Positions 1 through 13,130 of a DNA stretch of 64,000 nt are shown piece by piece; positions within the stretch are counted from its first letter, which is position 1; every line of letters starts with the position of its first letter. The stretch lies in NCBI GenBank assembly GCA_964187785.1, contig OZ076409.1, positions 15,068,001 through 15,132,000 of the forward strand, in the 5' to 3' direction. Both the position numbers and the translations under genes were made by a program. Origin of the DNA: Amphiscolops sp. MND2022 (taxonomy: Eukaryota). Under the pieces are notes generated by a model that was given only the letters and a program-made list of their open reading frames with translations, made no database searches and had not been told where the DNA came from.

Positions 1-1437
1 TTTTGTGTTATTTCCGCGACAACTTCCCATCTGAACTGTGAGCCTTCATCTGATAAAATTAAGGTTAGTAGGTATGCATGTCTTGTCATGGCGTCGACAA
101 TGCAACGTCCGATTGTCTTTGCTGTGACATTCTGTGTTGGGTATGCAAATAGGTATCGTGAGAATACGTCAATCATTGTGACAATGTTCTGGTATGCTGC
201 AGAATTTGGTAGGTTTGGCATTATGTCGATTTCGAGTATGTCTTTCGGTCCTAATACATGTTCTGTATTGTTAATCATTTTCGGCCGGATTTGGCTATTG
301 TTGATTCTTTTGTACTTGATGCAGTCTTCTCATTGCATTACCCATTGTTTGCTTCTTTTCGCTAATCCCGGGTAGTAGTATTTTGATCTGCATTCCTGGA
401 TCATCTTTGTGATTCCAGGGTGTTTTCCCATTTGTCCATGAACTGCTGTCAGTAGTTCGGTAATTAGGTGTTCGGGTATGAGTATCTGGTGGTGTGTGAT
501 CTGTCCATATTCCCCGTAGTATTTGCGCATTAGAATCCCGTCCTTGACAATTATTCTGTTTTCATAGACCAAGAGACGTTTTGCTTTCGGGTCTGTTTGT
601 AAGAGGTATTTGTCATATTCTTCGCAAATGAACTTTCATTTGATTGCTTGAAATACGGGGTCTGAGTCTTGTTCAACTCTAATTCGTGCATTTTCCTTGA
701 TTGCTCCGAAGGTATAATGACGCTTTGTTGATTGGTATTGGTGCCGTTTCTAAGATGAGTTTGATTTTCCTTGTTCTGCTTCAGATGCGTTTTGTCTTGC
801 TTGTTTCTTTTGTAATAGAATCTCCTCTTCAATCTGGAGTGTTTCGTCGGGAAGGAAAAAGAGTTGTTCTTCATCTGCGACGTCTGTCGATTGTAAGTTG
901 ATTTGTGTTGGTCTGATTGTTATGTCATCTCGTAGTTTCAACTCAATTCGCTCCTTAGGATTTAGGTCGATCCTTGATAGAAAGTCGGCCGCAGTATTTT
1001 GTGTCCCTGCTACGTGCATTATGTGGAAATTAAATTGTAGGACGTAGTCACAGGCATTTCATAGTGTGGGGGGATGGCCTTTGTTTGGAAGAATCGTGTT
1101 ACTGATCAGTTGTCAGTCATTACAAGTGTTTGCAAGGTTGCTTCCCATAGTACATGGCTGTATTCGTGTATTCGAGGAAAGCATGGAAGATTGCTAGGAA
1201 TTCTTTAATTGTGCTGGTGAGAATACTTTCGATCCGAAGGCGACGGGCGCGAAGGTCTTTTTCTTTGAATTAAGTTTCTTCTCGTTATCTTCTTCCATCA
1301 TGAGCGTATCCTGAGGCGCGGAAGCTGGCATCCGTGGTTAGGACGTATTGGCGACCTGTGATCGGTTGTTTAAGGGCTAATCCGCATGCTTCCGCTAACG
1401 CGGCGTTAATCGCTTTGTAGTTATCTAGCAGGTCTTC
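1..1437 (-). repeat. Tandem duplicate of the RNaseH-integrase segment at ~2212-3665
   Basis: Position 2 onward matches 2212 onward. The ORF track shows paired ORFs (88/2298, 330/2540, 750/2963). The match ends at GGTCTTC (1431-1437 vs 3659-3665). Confidence 0.95.
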
Positions 1438-4400
1438 CTGTATTATTACTTGTTGGTTAGTTTCCGTATCTCTTGATGTCTCGTTTTCGTCGATCTGCGT
1501 TCCAAAATCCATTTCCCATTATACTGCATACCATTCATTGTGGGATACGTTAACGTCTTGGTCTGGCAGATAGTCATTTCATCGTACTGTGACGTCAGGC
1601 AAGCGTTCGTCAGGTACGTAGGGGCGTATTCGGGTTCTATTTATTGTCTGTGTGTATCTCGTGCCGAGTTTTCGTATTGTGTAGTTGTTATTTGATTGTT
1701 ACTTTTATCACGATATACGGTCCTGTCCAGATGCAATCTTGGAATGCGAATTTCGTCGATTGATTGTCGGCTTTTGGACTAAGGATGTAGCAGTAATCAT
1801 TTATTTTGAGCGGAGCTGCCGACGCTTTGCGGTCGTTGTACTTTTTGTAATTGAGGTAAGACAGCATGATGTTGTCCTTTGCTGTCGCTCGCACTTCGTC
1901 GAATTGCTTTTGGAGCTGTTCTGCTAAATCCGAGTTAGGCGTGGTTTTCCACTTTGGCTTGATGCCCAGTTTTAAATCGAGAACATAGTAGGGTATACCT
2001 CCATGGAATACTGTAGATGGTTCACAGCCCAAAGTTTCATGATATGTTGCATTATAGTTCATTACTTCAATTTGGACACATTTGTGCCACACTGAGCGTC
2101 TTTCTCCCGTTGGGATTTTTAGGGCAGTTCTAATTGAAGCGTGAGTTCTTTCTAAGTTTCCGATCGTTTTTGCATGCTTCGTAGACGCGTGGCTGATTTG
2201 GATTTCGAGTATTTGTGTTATTTCCGCGACAACTTCCCATCTGAACTGTGAGCCTTCATCTGATAAAATTAAGGTTGGTAGGTATGCATGTCTTGTCATG
2301 GCGTCGACAATGCAACGTCCGATTGTCTTTGCTGTGACATTCTGTGTTGGGTATGCAAATAGGTATCGTGAGAATACGTCAATCATTGTGACAATGTTCT
2401 GGTATGCTGCAGAATTTGGTAGGTTTGGCATTATGTCGATTTCGAGTATGTCTTTCGGTCCTAATACATGTTCTGTATTGTTAATCATTTTCGGCCGGAT
2501 TTGGCTATTGTTGATTCTTTTGTACTTGATGCAGTCTTCTCATTGCATTACCCATTGTTTGCTTCTTTTCGCTAATCCCGGGTAGTAGTATTTTGATCTG
2601 CATTCCTGGATCATCTTTGTGCTTCCAGGGTGTTTTCCCATTTGTCCATGAACTGCTGTCAGTAGTTCGGGAATTAGGTGTTCGGGTATGAGTATCTGGT
2701 GGTGTGTGATCTGTCCATATTCCCCGTAGTATTTGCGCATTAGAATCCCGTCCTTGACAATTATTCTGTTTTCATAGACCAAGAGACGTTTTGCTTTCGG
2801 TTCTGTTTGTAAGAGGTGTTTGTCATATTCTTCGCATATTAACTTTCGTTTGATTGCTTGAAATACGGGGTCTGAGTCTTGTTCAACTCTAATTCGTGCA
2901 TTTTCCTTGATTGCTCCGAAGGTATAATGACGCTTTGTTGATTGGTGTTGGTGCCGTTTCTGTTAAGATGAGTTTGATTTTCCTTGTTCTGCTTCAGATG
3001 CGTTTTCTCTTGCTTGTTTCTTTTGTAATAGAATCTCTTCTTCAATCTGGAGTGTTTCGTCGGGAAGGAAAAAGAGTTGTTCTTCATCTGCGACGTCTGT
3101 CGATTGTAAGTTGATTTGTGTTGGTCTGATTGTTATGTCATCTCGTAGTTTCAACTCAATTCGCTCCTTAGGATTTAGGTCGATCCTTGATAGAAAGTCG
3201 GCCGCAGTATTTTGTGTCCCTGCTACGTGCATTATGTGGAAATTAAATTGTAGGACGTAGTCACAGGCATTTCATAGTGTGGGGGGGGATGGCCTTTGTT
3301 TGGAAGAATCGTGTTACTGATCAGTTGTCAGTCATTACAAGTGTTTGCAAGGTTGCTTCCCATAGTATATGGCTGTATTCGAGGAAGGCATGGTAGATTG
3401 CTAGAAATTCTTTGCAGTAGATAGACATCTTTAATTGTGCTGGTGAGGATACTTTCGATCCGAAGGCGACGGGCGCGAAGGTCTTTTTCTTTGAATTAAG
3501 TTTCATCTCGTAATCGTCTTCCATCATGAGAGCGTATCCTGAGGCGCGGAAGCTGACATCCGTTGTTAGGACGTATTGGCGACCTGCGATCGGTAGTTTA
3601 AGGGCTAATCCGCATGCTTCCGCTATTGCTGCGTTAATTGCTTTGTAGTTATCTAGCAGGTCTTCTGTTACTTTGATTTGTTTATCTATCTTTAGTAGTT
3701 CGTAAAAACTGAGTAGTTTTTCAGAGAGGCGCGGTATGTAAGGACGATAGTAGTTTACGAACCCAATGTATCGTTGTACCTGTTTTTTGATTTTGGAAAT
3801 CGTATGTTCTTGAGAAACTTTTGGATTTTGTGTGTTTGTGGGGGGACTCCTTGTGGTGTTATTGTTCTCCCAAGGAATTTAATCTCGGTGACTCCGAAGT
3901 GGCTTTTTTCGATGGTCAGTTTGAGTCCCGCTTACCGGATGCATTCGAAAACTGCGCGTATGTTGCGTATTAGTTGCGTCACTGTGTTGGCGGCTATTCC
4001 AATATCGTCTTTATATTGTGCGCATTGGTCCGCTTTGATTACTTCGTCCAAGTATTCTCGCATAAAGCTTGAGAATGCCGAAAGTGCCCTGCTCAATCCT
4101 TGGGCCAAACGTTTGTATGCAAACGTCCTGCTTGCGAAGTTGAATGCCAACATCTCTATTGATCGCTGGTCTGCCATCTGTAGACAATGGTATGCTTGTG
4201 AGCAATCTAATTTGCAGAAAAGTTTCTTCCCGGCTAGGTGTTGAGCCGCATCTGACAACGTGCTCACTGGGTGGTTGTTGTTGATGTAATCATTCGATAT
4301 CAGTGCGTTGATTTTCCGTAGGTCGACGAGTAGGCGTAACTTGCCGTTTGGTTTACGTTGTGCAAAGATCGGGCTGGCATATTTTGAAAACGGCAAAGTC

Positions 4401-6069
4401 GTTATGATGCCATATCTGTGCATTAATGCTAATTCGACTGTTAGGTCTTCTTTTAGGTTGATTGGTACTGGTAGGCTTTGTGTGTATCTTGGGCGTTCGT
4501 CTTTTGGAGTGAGTTTTACTTTAAAGCTGTTATTGATACCAATGTCGAGCTGATGACGAGCAAAAATATCATTGTACTCAATTATTGTTTGTTCGAGGCG
4601 TTTCCTGTCGTCCCCTTCAACTTGTGATCCTTCCCATTGGAACATGTCGAGGAATTTCTTACTTGACTGCGTCTTTGGTTGGATCAAGTTGTTCGCGCTT
4701 GATGAGTTCACGGATTTCTTTCAATATGCGGCGTTGTATAGGCGTATGTTCAGTTTCATTTCCTGGGTTTTCTGGTGTGGGAAACAAGAAACTGTCTTCG
4801 TTGGGTTCGTGTTCGTTGGATTTCATGAGTTCGTTGACGTACATATGGGTATCATCTGGGTCATTTAATATTGACAGTGCGGCAGTGTCGATTGGGCGTA
4901 TTTGTTTGGTGTCTTCAGGTTTGAGTATTTGAAGCTCAGCTATTTTAGTGTGGCTTTTTATGGTGTATGGAAATTCGGTTAGGTTGACTATCCTGATACT
5001 GATGCGTTTGTTATGAGCTGAAGCTAGCGCTGGAGCGACGATGATGTTTGCTGTTTCATCGAACTGTGGCAATGGCTGTATTGCTCCTGTGATATCATTC
5101 GTGTTGGTAGTAACTACTATTGCGTTCACTGTTGTAGTTTGTTGTGGTGGTTTCGTCTGAATTCCGTCAGTAACGATTTGTAGGGGTTTGGGGTTGCATT
5201 TTTTCATTTCGTCTCCCATTGCTCGCGTCATTTCAACGTGCGAGAAATTGATGGTCCCGTTGGCCGTATCAATCACTGCCTGATGGTTTCTCATGAAGTT
5301 CAGTCCTATTATTGGGAATGACGTTTTCGATGGTATGACGCATGTATCTGTGAAGATGTATGTCCCAATGTTGAACTGGATGTCAGCTGTGGCTATTGGC
5401 TGTTCTATTGTGCGTTTGCACATTCGATTTTGAAGGGAGGTTGGGGGTATTCCTTTATAACGCAGCTATCACTATTCATTTTAATTGCATTATAGTTTGA
5501 CCAGGACATGGCGTTGATGAACGCTCCTGAGTCGACAAGTCCATCCATTGTTATTTCTCCAAATTCGAGTGGCAAGTACAGCATTCTTCTTCTGCTCTTG
5601 AGGACTATGGTGGAGTGGAGGGGTATATATGTCTCTCCATCCTTCCCGGCTACTTACTCTCTGATTGAGTAGAGTGAGGTGGGGAACTTGTCTGAGACGA
5701 TAGGTACCTTAGTGGAGCCGTGGGTATCCTCTTTGGTCTGTTGTGACGATGGGCGGTCCTCAGGGGCGTTTTCGTTTGGTTCTATCTGGTTTGCGATGGA
5801 GAGTTCTCTGTTGATGAAAGGTGGCTGGGAGGGAAGATTTACGTGTTGTTTAGGATTGTCCCTGTAATCCTTGTCTTGGGCGTATATTTCGTCTTGTTCA
5901 GTTTGTGTGTATGGCCTTTTTATAGAAGCGAGTGCTTGTCGTCTTAGCCAGTCCTCTGTTGGGGTACCGTCGCACTCTATTGTTGAGTTATTTGTGTAAA
6001 TAGTGGGGGGATCTTCTGATGAGTACGCCCTCGCGTCTACGACTTCCCCGAAGCGCAGGCGCGGCGTGT
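1438..6069 (-). pseudogene. pol: Gypsy-A pol (protease, RT, RNase H, integrase), frameshifted and with stops
   Basis: Protease DGLVDSGA (~5525-5546). RT ASPIFAQRKPNGKLRLLVDLRKIN...LAQGL...YKDD (YVDD in the related element). RNaseH TDAS...KEFLAI...TDN. Integrase H-H-C-C remnant and IDVFSRYLFAYP...SDEGSQF...LERTH. Confidence 0.93.
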
Positions 6070-6072
6070 CTA

Positions 6073-6079
6073 GTTTTTT
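6073..6079 (-). promoter_or_regulatory. Putative -1 ribosomal frameshift heptamer A_AAA_AAC with downstream hairpin
   Basis: GAA TCA AAA AAC TAG ends gag. It is followed by CGCGCCTGCG-CTTC-GGG-GAAG-T-CGTAGACGCG, which can base-pair. The same heptamer is at 40793-40799. Confidence 0.75.
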
Positions 6080-7112
6080 GATTCATCGTCTATTTGGTTC
6101 GTCTGTTGTTGAGCAGAATTATCGGTTTTCCTCTCGCGTTGGAAAGGTCGTTCGGGTCCCGGATCATGTGCCGAGTTGGCTCTATTCCAGCAATCCTCCG
6201 TTTTGTGAGGTTTCCCGCATGTATCACATTTGAGGGTGGTGCCAGTGGTGTGTTTTGTTTGGCCGTTGTTTTTCCTTGTTTGGTGCCACTTGTCTCTTCG
6301 CATTTTTTGGCATTCTGCCTTGAAATGCCAAACTTATTGCAGTAAAAGCAGTATCCCTTTTTGGAGTTCTGGGTACGGTTTTTGGCTTGTTTGGGCTCAG
6401 TCTTTGTTGGGGCTGGTTCTACTTTATTTAGGGGTACCAGAGTTACCTCGTCTGGCGTGCCAAGGCCATTAAGCCGCATTTCTTTTTCCAGGTGTAGCAC
6501 GATGTCGTTATAGGGTTTGTTTTATAGGGTTCGTTATAAGGTACGCCCCATTAAGTATTTTCTTTACATGGTGTGGCATTTTCGCATAAATTGCCTTGTC
6601 GATGAATTGTTGAGCTTCCGAACCGAAAGCTTCTTCTGCGATTTTTTGGAGGACGTCCAAGAATTCATGGAGTTTTTGCGTCGAGGGGTCAAATTTAAGC
6701 GCGTCCCATTCGCATCTGGCTTTGGCCATTGACAAGTAGTCTCCGAAGCGACGTTTAAAAATCGTCATGATTTCGTCTAGTGAATCTGTTTTCGAGTCCT
6801 CAATATTGCGGAACGCTTGTAGAGCGTCCCCTCTGAGTAAGGAATGAAAATAGTTGATTTTCTGGATTTCAGTAAGGTGCGGGTACATTTTTATGTTGTT
6901 TCGGAAAAGATCTTCAAATAGTTCAAATTTTTCCGATTTTCCGTCAAAGGTTGGTAGTGATGCTGTTAGGGCTTTTGGCATCGGCAGCACAGTGCTGTCA
7001 TTCTTTTCTGGTGCGAACAGAATTCTCGCTACTACTGGACGTTCTTTTGACGTCGGCTGGCTCTGAGACCGTACTTTGGTTCTTTTCGGCTGATTTGTGG
7101 AGTCGGTTAAAA

Positions 7113-7124
7113 CTCCTGTCACCA
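7113..7124 (-). promoter_or_regulatory. Primer binding site TGGTGACAGGAG (tRNA-Leu-like)
   Basis: Directly follows CA and is identical to the PBS at 39664-39675, whose position is fixed by an LTR pair. Confidence 0.75.
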
Positions 7125-8667
7125 TGTTACGACTTATGTTCAGGTCGTTTTGTGTTGAAGTTATTCTAACCAACTTGGTTGGGGTGTAGAAACTCCTGGT
7201 TTCATTTTCTATTTCCTCTGCAACACTCTCTCTAACGTTCTCTCTTGTAGTAGGCTTTAAGAGTTTCAACATTTCTTTCTGGGATTCGATCAGGAGGTTC
7301 TTAATTTCAGAGGTTATTTCCTCCTTCAAAGAGACTCGTAAATTTTCTAGGAGACTATTCTCAACTCTAGGAGATTTCGGGTTTGAGGGACCCGCAACGC
7401 CAACGTCTTGTTCCGAAGAACAGGAATTTCCTATTATCACTGGTGAAACAAAACCTTCACTAACGTTTTCATTGTTCTCTTGCTGAATATTCTTTCTCTT
7501 CTGGCTTCGAGTTGTACACATTTTGATGGAGAAAAAATTTTTCCGGAGAATTGAATTTCTTTCCAAAGATTTTCAACTAAGTTGAAATGAACGAAGTTGA
7601 GACGAACAAGTTAAGGCAACTGTTTATCACAGAAGGCAAAAGACTGAGTCCCTCAGCCAACTAAAATTACCGTAAATATACCATCCTAGCGTCATTTGAT
7701 CACAACCAAAGCCCCTAATTTTCCTTGAACAATTAGTAATTTCCTGTTTTATCGATGAAAAAATCATCATTGCCTCAAATTTACGTCAATATTTCGTCAA
7801 CTTTTAAGACACGATGATCTCAATATCATATTAGTCATCAATCAGGACCACATCATTTCATTCCGGCGTCCCTTTATTTCCTCCCAAGCAGGAAGTAGAT
7901 TTTACTTCAGTCTGGCAAACCGGAAGTTATTCCCTGTTTTACTGCTTTGGTTCGCGGGAAAATTGACGCTGAGATGACGCTGACGTGAACAACTAATCCT
8001 CAGTTTTCAATTTTTCCTAAAAAGACATGACTAATTCACGATTGTCTTTCTAATCGATGCTAAGAGAGGATAAATCACCGGCCAGATGTGATGTTTCTAG
8101 ATTAAATCAAATTACCACTAAACATTGAATTATAGTACATATTCGTCAACACAACGTATCATTTTGCAACATAATTATTGATGTATGAAATTGTAGCAAC
8201 TTTTATTGAGAAACAACAGTAATATACGATACATCTTGGTAACAAACAGGGATGATGAGGCTTAGAAGATTACCCATAAAACATTCATTTAGTGATTGTT
8301 ATGTTATGTGAGGATACTGCCACATTTTCCAAATTGACACGACACAATGCCGTCAATCCATTCATACAACATCTTCGAAAGAATATAAATGCAAACATAC
8401 GAAAATATACTTATAGCACGAAAAATACGGTAGATCCGTTTCATTTTGATTGTGATCATAAACTGTGACTTTAATAATCTTCCAGTATTAGAACATTCTA
8501 ATTTCCCTAAATCCATTGAATATAAAAATGTTTTACTACTTACTAAAGCATGACGCAAATACGACGTGAAGAATTTCATGTTTTCCCTAATTTAATCACC
8601 GTTGCGTTTATTCGAAATGCCTTATTTTCTTAGCATCTCCTATTGGGATTTACAATTCTTTTAGAAT

Positions 8668-9618
8668 TGGAACGGCTGCTTGCCCTTATCCTGCGCTGAG
8701 GCTTGACAAACTTTACGCCGCCCTGATCCGTTGCTTAGTACTGTGGACCGTTACTAAACAAATCCTGGTTTTCTTGTTTTAAAGGACTGTATCTTTTGGC
8801 TGGTGGGTCCGATGGGACCCGTGGAATCTCCTGCGATTCCGCTTTGCACTGATTTGGATCCGATGTGATCCTTAACACACTTCCCTCACAGTATCTTCAC
8901 GCGCTCCGGCTCTCCAACTATGAGAGTAGCTACTTAGTCGCTCTAACTCTAGCGAAAAGTTGTGAAGATTGAGAAGTTGATTTATTAGTCTCGCGGTCCT
9001 GAGACCCAACTTGACTATAGCTATTCAGTGGAGAAAATCTCTATCTAATAATGGTATACATATCGTTTACAATTCTACAGTAAATATAAGCAAATATCAG
9101 TTGAAATATGTTGTATAAATAAATGACATTTAAAGCATAAAATGAAGTTATTGGCTAAGTAAACAAACGATGTGGTGGTTTTGGCATGTTGGTCAGGTGG
9201 GGTAAAAGGTATGTTTACACAATGTAAATATCATTAATTTCAACAGAGTTACATTTCCTTTAAGGTCATATGAGAAAATAACATAATAATTAATACATCA
9301 AAATTGGGTAATTCATGGGGTCCGACCTAGGTCACTTTGGGTGTTAATTGCTCGGAACCCAGAGAAGATACGGGGTTCGGTGTATCGAGTGAAAAGTTAG
9401 CGTAGCACCACTACTATACGTGTGCCAAGTTTCAAGGTGATTGAATGAGTGGTTTACCGGGACGGGGGGGTGGCCCTTTTTTACATAGGGTCATTTTTGC
9501 TAAGACTTGTATTTTTCCAACTTAAATCTTGATAAAGTTTCTAAGTGTTTTGAGTTATAAGTTTCATCAGTCACGTTCGAGTTTGAGTTTCTGATCTCGC
9601 AATTGACTGGCGCCAACA
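8668..9618 (-). repeat. BEL-A 3' LTR (951 bp)
   Basis: Direct repeat of 16246-17194 with about ten differences by eye. Preceded on the minus strand by the purine-rich GGGAGAAAAACAGGGCCGGCAA (PPT). Confidence 0.96.
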
Positions 9619-12600
9619 TTGCCGGCCCTGTTTTTCTCCCGAAAAACACTTTTGTAGAACATGGGTGCCAGTTTCACTACTGGTCTTTTGAGTTTTCCAT
9701 CTTCAGTTTTCACCAGCGCTGATCTCACTCGCCCATCGCTTCCATGATAGACGTCCAACACTCTACCCATCTTGTAGTGTGCTCTTTTCACATTCTCATC
9801 TACTATCCAAACCAAATCATTGACTTCAAGTTGTCTAACTTCTTCTTTATTCCATTTAGATCTCTCGTTCCATTGGGGTAAATATTCTCTATTCCATCTG
9901 CTCCACAGCATATCTGCGTATGCTTGTGATACTCTGAATACTCTTCTCAGATCTGTATATCGCTGAGCGTCAGGAATAAATGGGGTTGCTGGACTTGCGC
10001 GTCCTAGCAGGAAGTGGTTTGGAGTCAAAGCTTCCAAATCTTCAGGATCATCACTGACACTAGTCAGAGGTCTCGAATTCAATATCTGCTCGACCAGGCA
10101 CATTGTTGTGAATAATACATCATCTGTCAGTGTTCTGTTTCCTACAATTGCCATCATAGCTTTCTTGCAGCTTCTGACCATTCGCTCCCAAACACCTCCA
10201 AAATGCGGAGCTCCTGGGGGGTTGAACTTACATTTTATTTGCTTTTGAGCCAAAGACTGCTCAATGTCTGATTGATTCCAAGCTTCTATCCATTCTCGCA
10301 TTTCCCTTGCTGCACCCACAAAATTTGTTCCATTATCACTTAGAATGATATTCGGTTTTCCTCTTCTTGCGATGAATCTCGTAATTGCAGCAAGACATGC
10401 GTCGGCTTCCAGGCTGGTCACAACTTCAACATGCACAGCTCTTGTTGTCAAACATGTGAATAGACAACACCACCGTTTCATTGATTTCCTCATGAATCTC
10501 ACTTCGAATGGTCCAAAATAGTCTACTCCAGTATTGGCAAAAGGGAAAATTCTTTCTTCCAATCTTTCTTTAGGTAAGTCTGCCATGAAAGGTTGAACTC
10601 CTCCAACTTGTTGCTTTCTGCACTTAACACACTTCAACTTCACATTTCTGAGCGCGTTTCGGAGTCCAATTATCCAGTAATTTTGCTGCAAAATGCTGCG
10701 AACATACTCTGTTCCTTCGTGATAGTTACTTTCATGCGCATCTTCAATCAATTTCCTCACTATTGGATGCTTCGCAGATAGCAAAATTGGATGTTTCATT
10801 TCATAACTCGCATCAGCATGACGTAGTCGTCCTTTTAATCGCATTAGGTTCTGATCTTCCATAAAAGGTGACAGTTTGTTCAAGTGATCAGATGCAGCCA
10901 TTGGTTTACCTGCGGCCAATGCTTGATATGTTGGACCAAAACTTTCCATCTGGCTCTTCCGCAGTAACAGTCGGATCACTTGCTGCATTTCTTCTGTTAT
11001 CACCACCTTTCCTTTGATTTTTGATTTGAACCGAAGGCAATTGGCGAAGATCCGGGTCATTCTTCTAAAAGAACCGAACTTCTCCCAATCAATGTTCTTT
11101 TCTTCTGGCACGACTTCAAATACTTGCTCTATGTCTTCTGTTTTCTGCTGAAACAACTGTGGTGAGGTTTGTGGCCAAGCATCTTCTTTCTCTCGAAGCC
11201 ATGCCGGCCCTGTGAACCACTCGCTCTTTTCTAATTCATGGACGGATTTTCCTCTTGTTCCGATGTCGGCAGGGTTTAAGATTCCTTCGACATATCTCCA
11301 CTGATCAATGGTTGAACTGTCAAGGATTTCGGCGACTCTATTCGCTACAAACACCGGTTGTTTCTTGTCAGCTCCATGCAACCATTGCAAAACAGTTGTC
11401 GAATCCGTCCAAAAGAAAGTTCGTTCAATTTGAATGTCGTGTTCGTCTACGATCAGTTGTTTTAATCGGGTTCCATACATAGCTGCTTGTAGCTCTAGTC
11501 GGGGAATTGATTGTTGCTTCATTGGCGCTACTCGGCATTTCCCTACCACATAGGCAAGCTCTCCAGTTTGTTGATCTCGAAAGTAGGCAACTATGCACGT
11601 TGCTTCCAGGGACGCATCGGCGAAAATATGCAAGTCCACTACTTCAGCATTTTTCGATAAATACTTTCTTCTGATAGCCATTTCATTCATGTGATTCAAC
11701 TCCGATGCCCAATCCTTGAATGCTATCCCGTCTTCTGGAGATAACTCTTCGTCCCACGATTGCCCATGTTTCTTCCAAATTCCTTTGAGTAACAATCTCA
11801 TCCTGACTGTGAAAGGGGAAAACAGTCCCAACGGGTCAAACACAGAGGATACGTGGGATAGAACAATTCTCTGAGTGATCTTGGCCGGCACCTCTTTTCC
11901 CGTACCGCGGCAAATCTCAAGATTGTCTGACTCCACATTCCACTGGAGTCCCAAGATAGAGGGCGCCAAGGGTTCAGCTTCGAATGTTTTGCTTAGCGCG
12001 ACTGATCTATCTTCCGGGGATATTTCTTCCATCACATTCTCTGAGTTGCAAATCCATTTGGTTAGTTGGAATCCACCATCTGCTAAGGACTTTCGCAAGC
12101 ATTTATACACTTCCGCAGCTTCTTCCTCTGAAGCTACTGACTTCACAAAGTCATCCATATAGAAATTTCTGTTGATCAAATTTGCAACCATCCCATTGCC
12201 ATCTCTGCTGTCTCGTCCGACTTATTGCAAAGCGTAGCTGACACATGTTGGCGAACTCTTAGCTCCAAAAATGTGTCTTCCATACACAGAGATAGGTTCA
12301 GTGTGGTTTTCTCTCCACAAAAATCTGAGAACTTTGCAATCAGTAGGGGGTACTTTCACTTGGAGAAACATCGCTTCGACATCTGCTGTCAGGGCGATTT
12401 CCTTTTCCCTGAATCTGAAGATAATTCCTATCAGCGATTGTAGGAGGTCTGGACCGGCCATCAAGTTATCATTAAGTGAAACACCTCCGAACTTTGAGGC
12501 AGCGTTGCAAACTCGTCTCACTTTGTCCGGCTTGTTCGGGTTCAGCACAGGAAGATGTGGAACGTACCACTGAAGGTCTGATTTAGTGTTTTCAAGCTCT

Positions 12601-13130
12601 GCTTCATCCAGAATTCTCACAAATCCCTTTTGTACGTCCACATCAATTGTCTCTTTGTAGCGTTGTTTCAAGTTCGCATCCTTTTCCAGTCGGCGCTCGA
12701 GAGACTTCAATTGACTTACTGCTGAACTGTAATTGTTTGGCAAATGCGGCTTTGCATTTTTCCAAAGTAACCCGACCTCGTATCTCTTTCCGTCGAACTT
12801 CGTGGTTGCTTTGAGCATTTCGAGGGCTCGCTCGTCTTCCTTGGACCTTCCGGATACGCTGCAGTTGGAAGCATACGATTCCATGCTCCACCAAGAATTC
12901 ACTTGATCCGCTAACGGCTCCACTTCTGCTGCAACTAGACTTTCAGTTGCGAGCTTTGCTGTCTCTTGTTGAGGCAATGGTCCACTGATCATCCATCCCA
13001 GCTTCGTTCGCACTGCCCAGGGCTTGGCGTTTCCACACTTTCTATAGTCGATTGCTCTATGCAAGTGGTAGCAATCTTGGACCAAGATGACTTTCACTTC
13101 TCCCAAGTTGATGGTAGAATCCCTCAACAC
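9567..13130 (-). pseudogene. pol: BEL-A pol (RT, RNase H, integrase) with an in-frame stop at 12222-12224
   Basis: ORFs 12222-13130 and 9567-12191 are in the same frame. Motifs: SLNDNLMAGPDL, FGAKSSP, FYMDDF, LHIFADAS, SIPRLEL, NPADIGTRG, GVDYFGP, SDNGTNF, PHFGGVWERMV. Confidence 0.95.

Larger units (their letters stand above)
6070..7521 (-). pseudogene. gag: Gypsy-A gag, frameshifted; starts inside the LTR
   Basis: ORF pieces 6508-7566, 6090-6500 and 6070-6303. Motifs PTFDGKSEKFELFEDLF and the zinc knuckles CFYCNKFG and CDTCGKPHKTEDCW. Homologous to 39114-40802. Confidence 0.9.
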
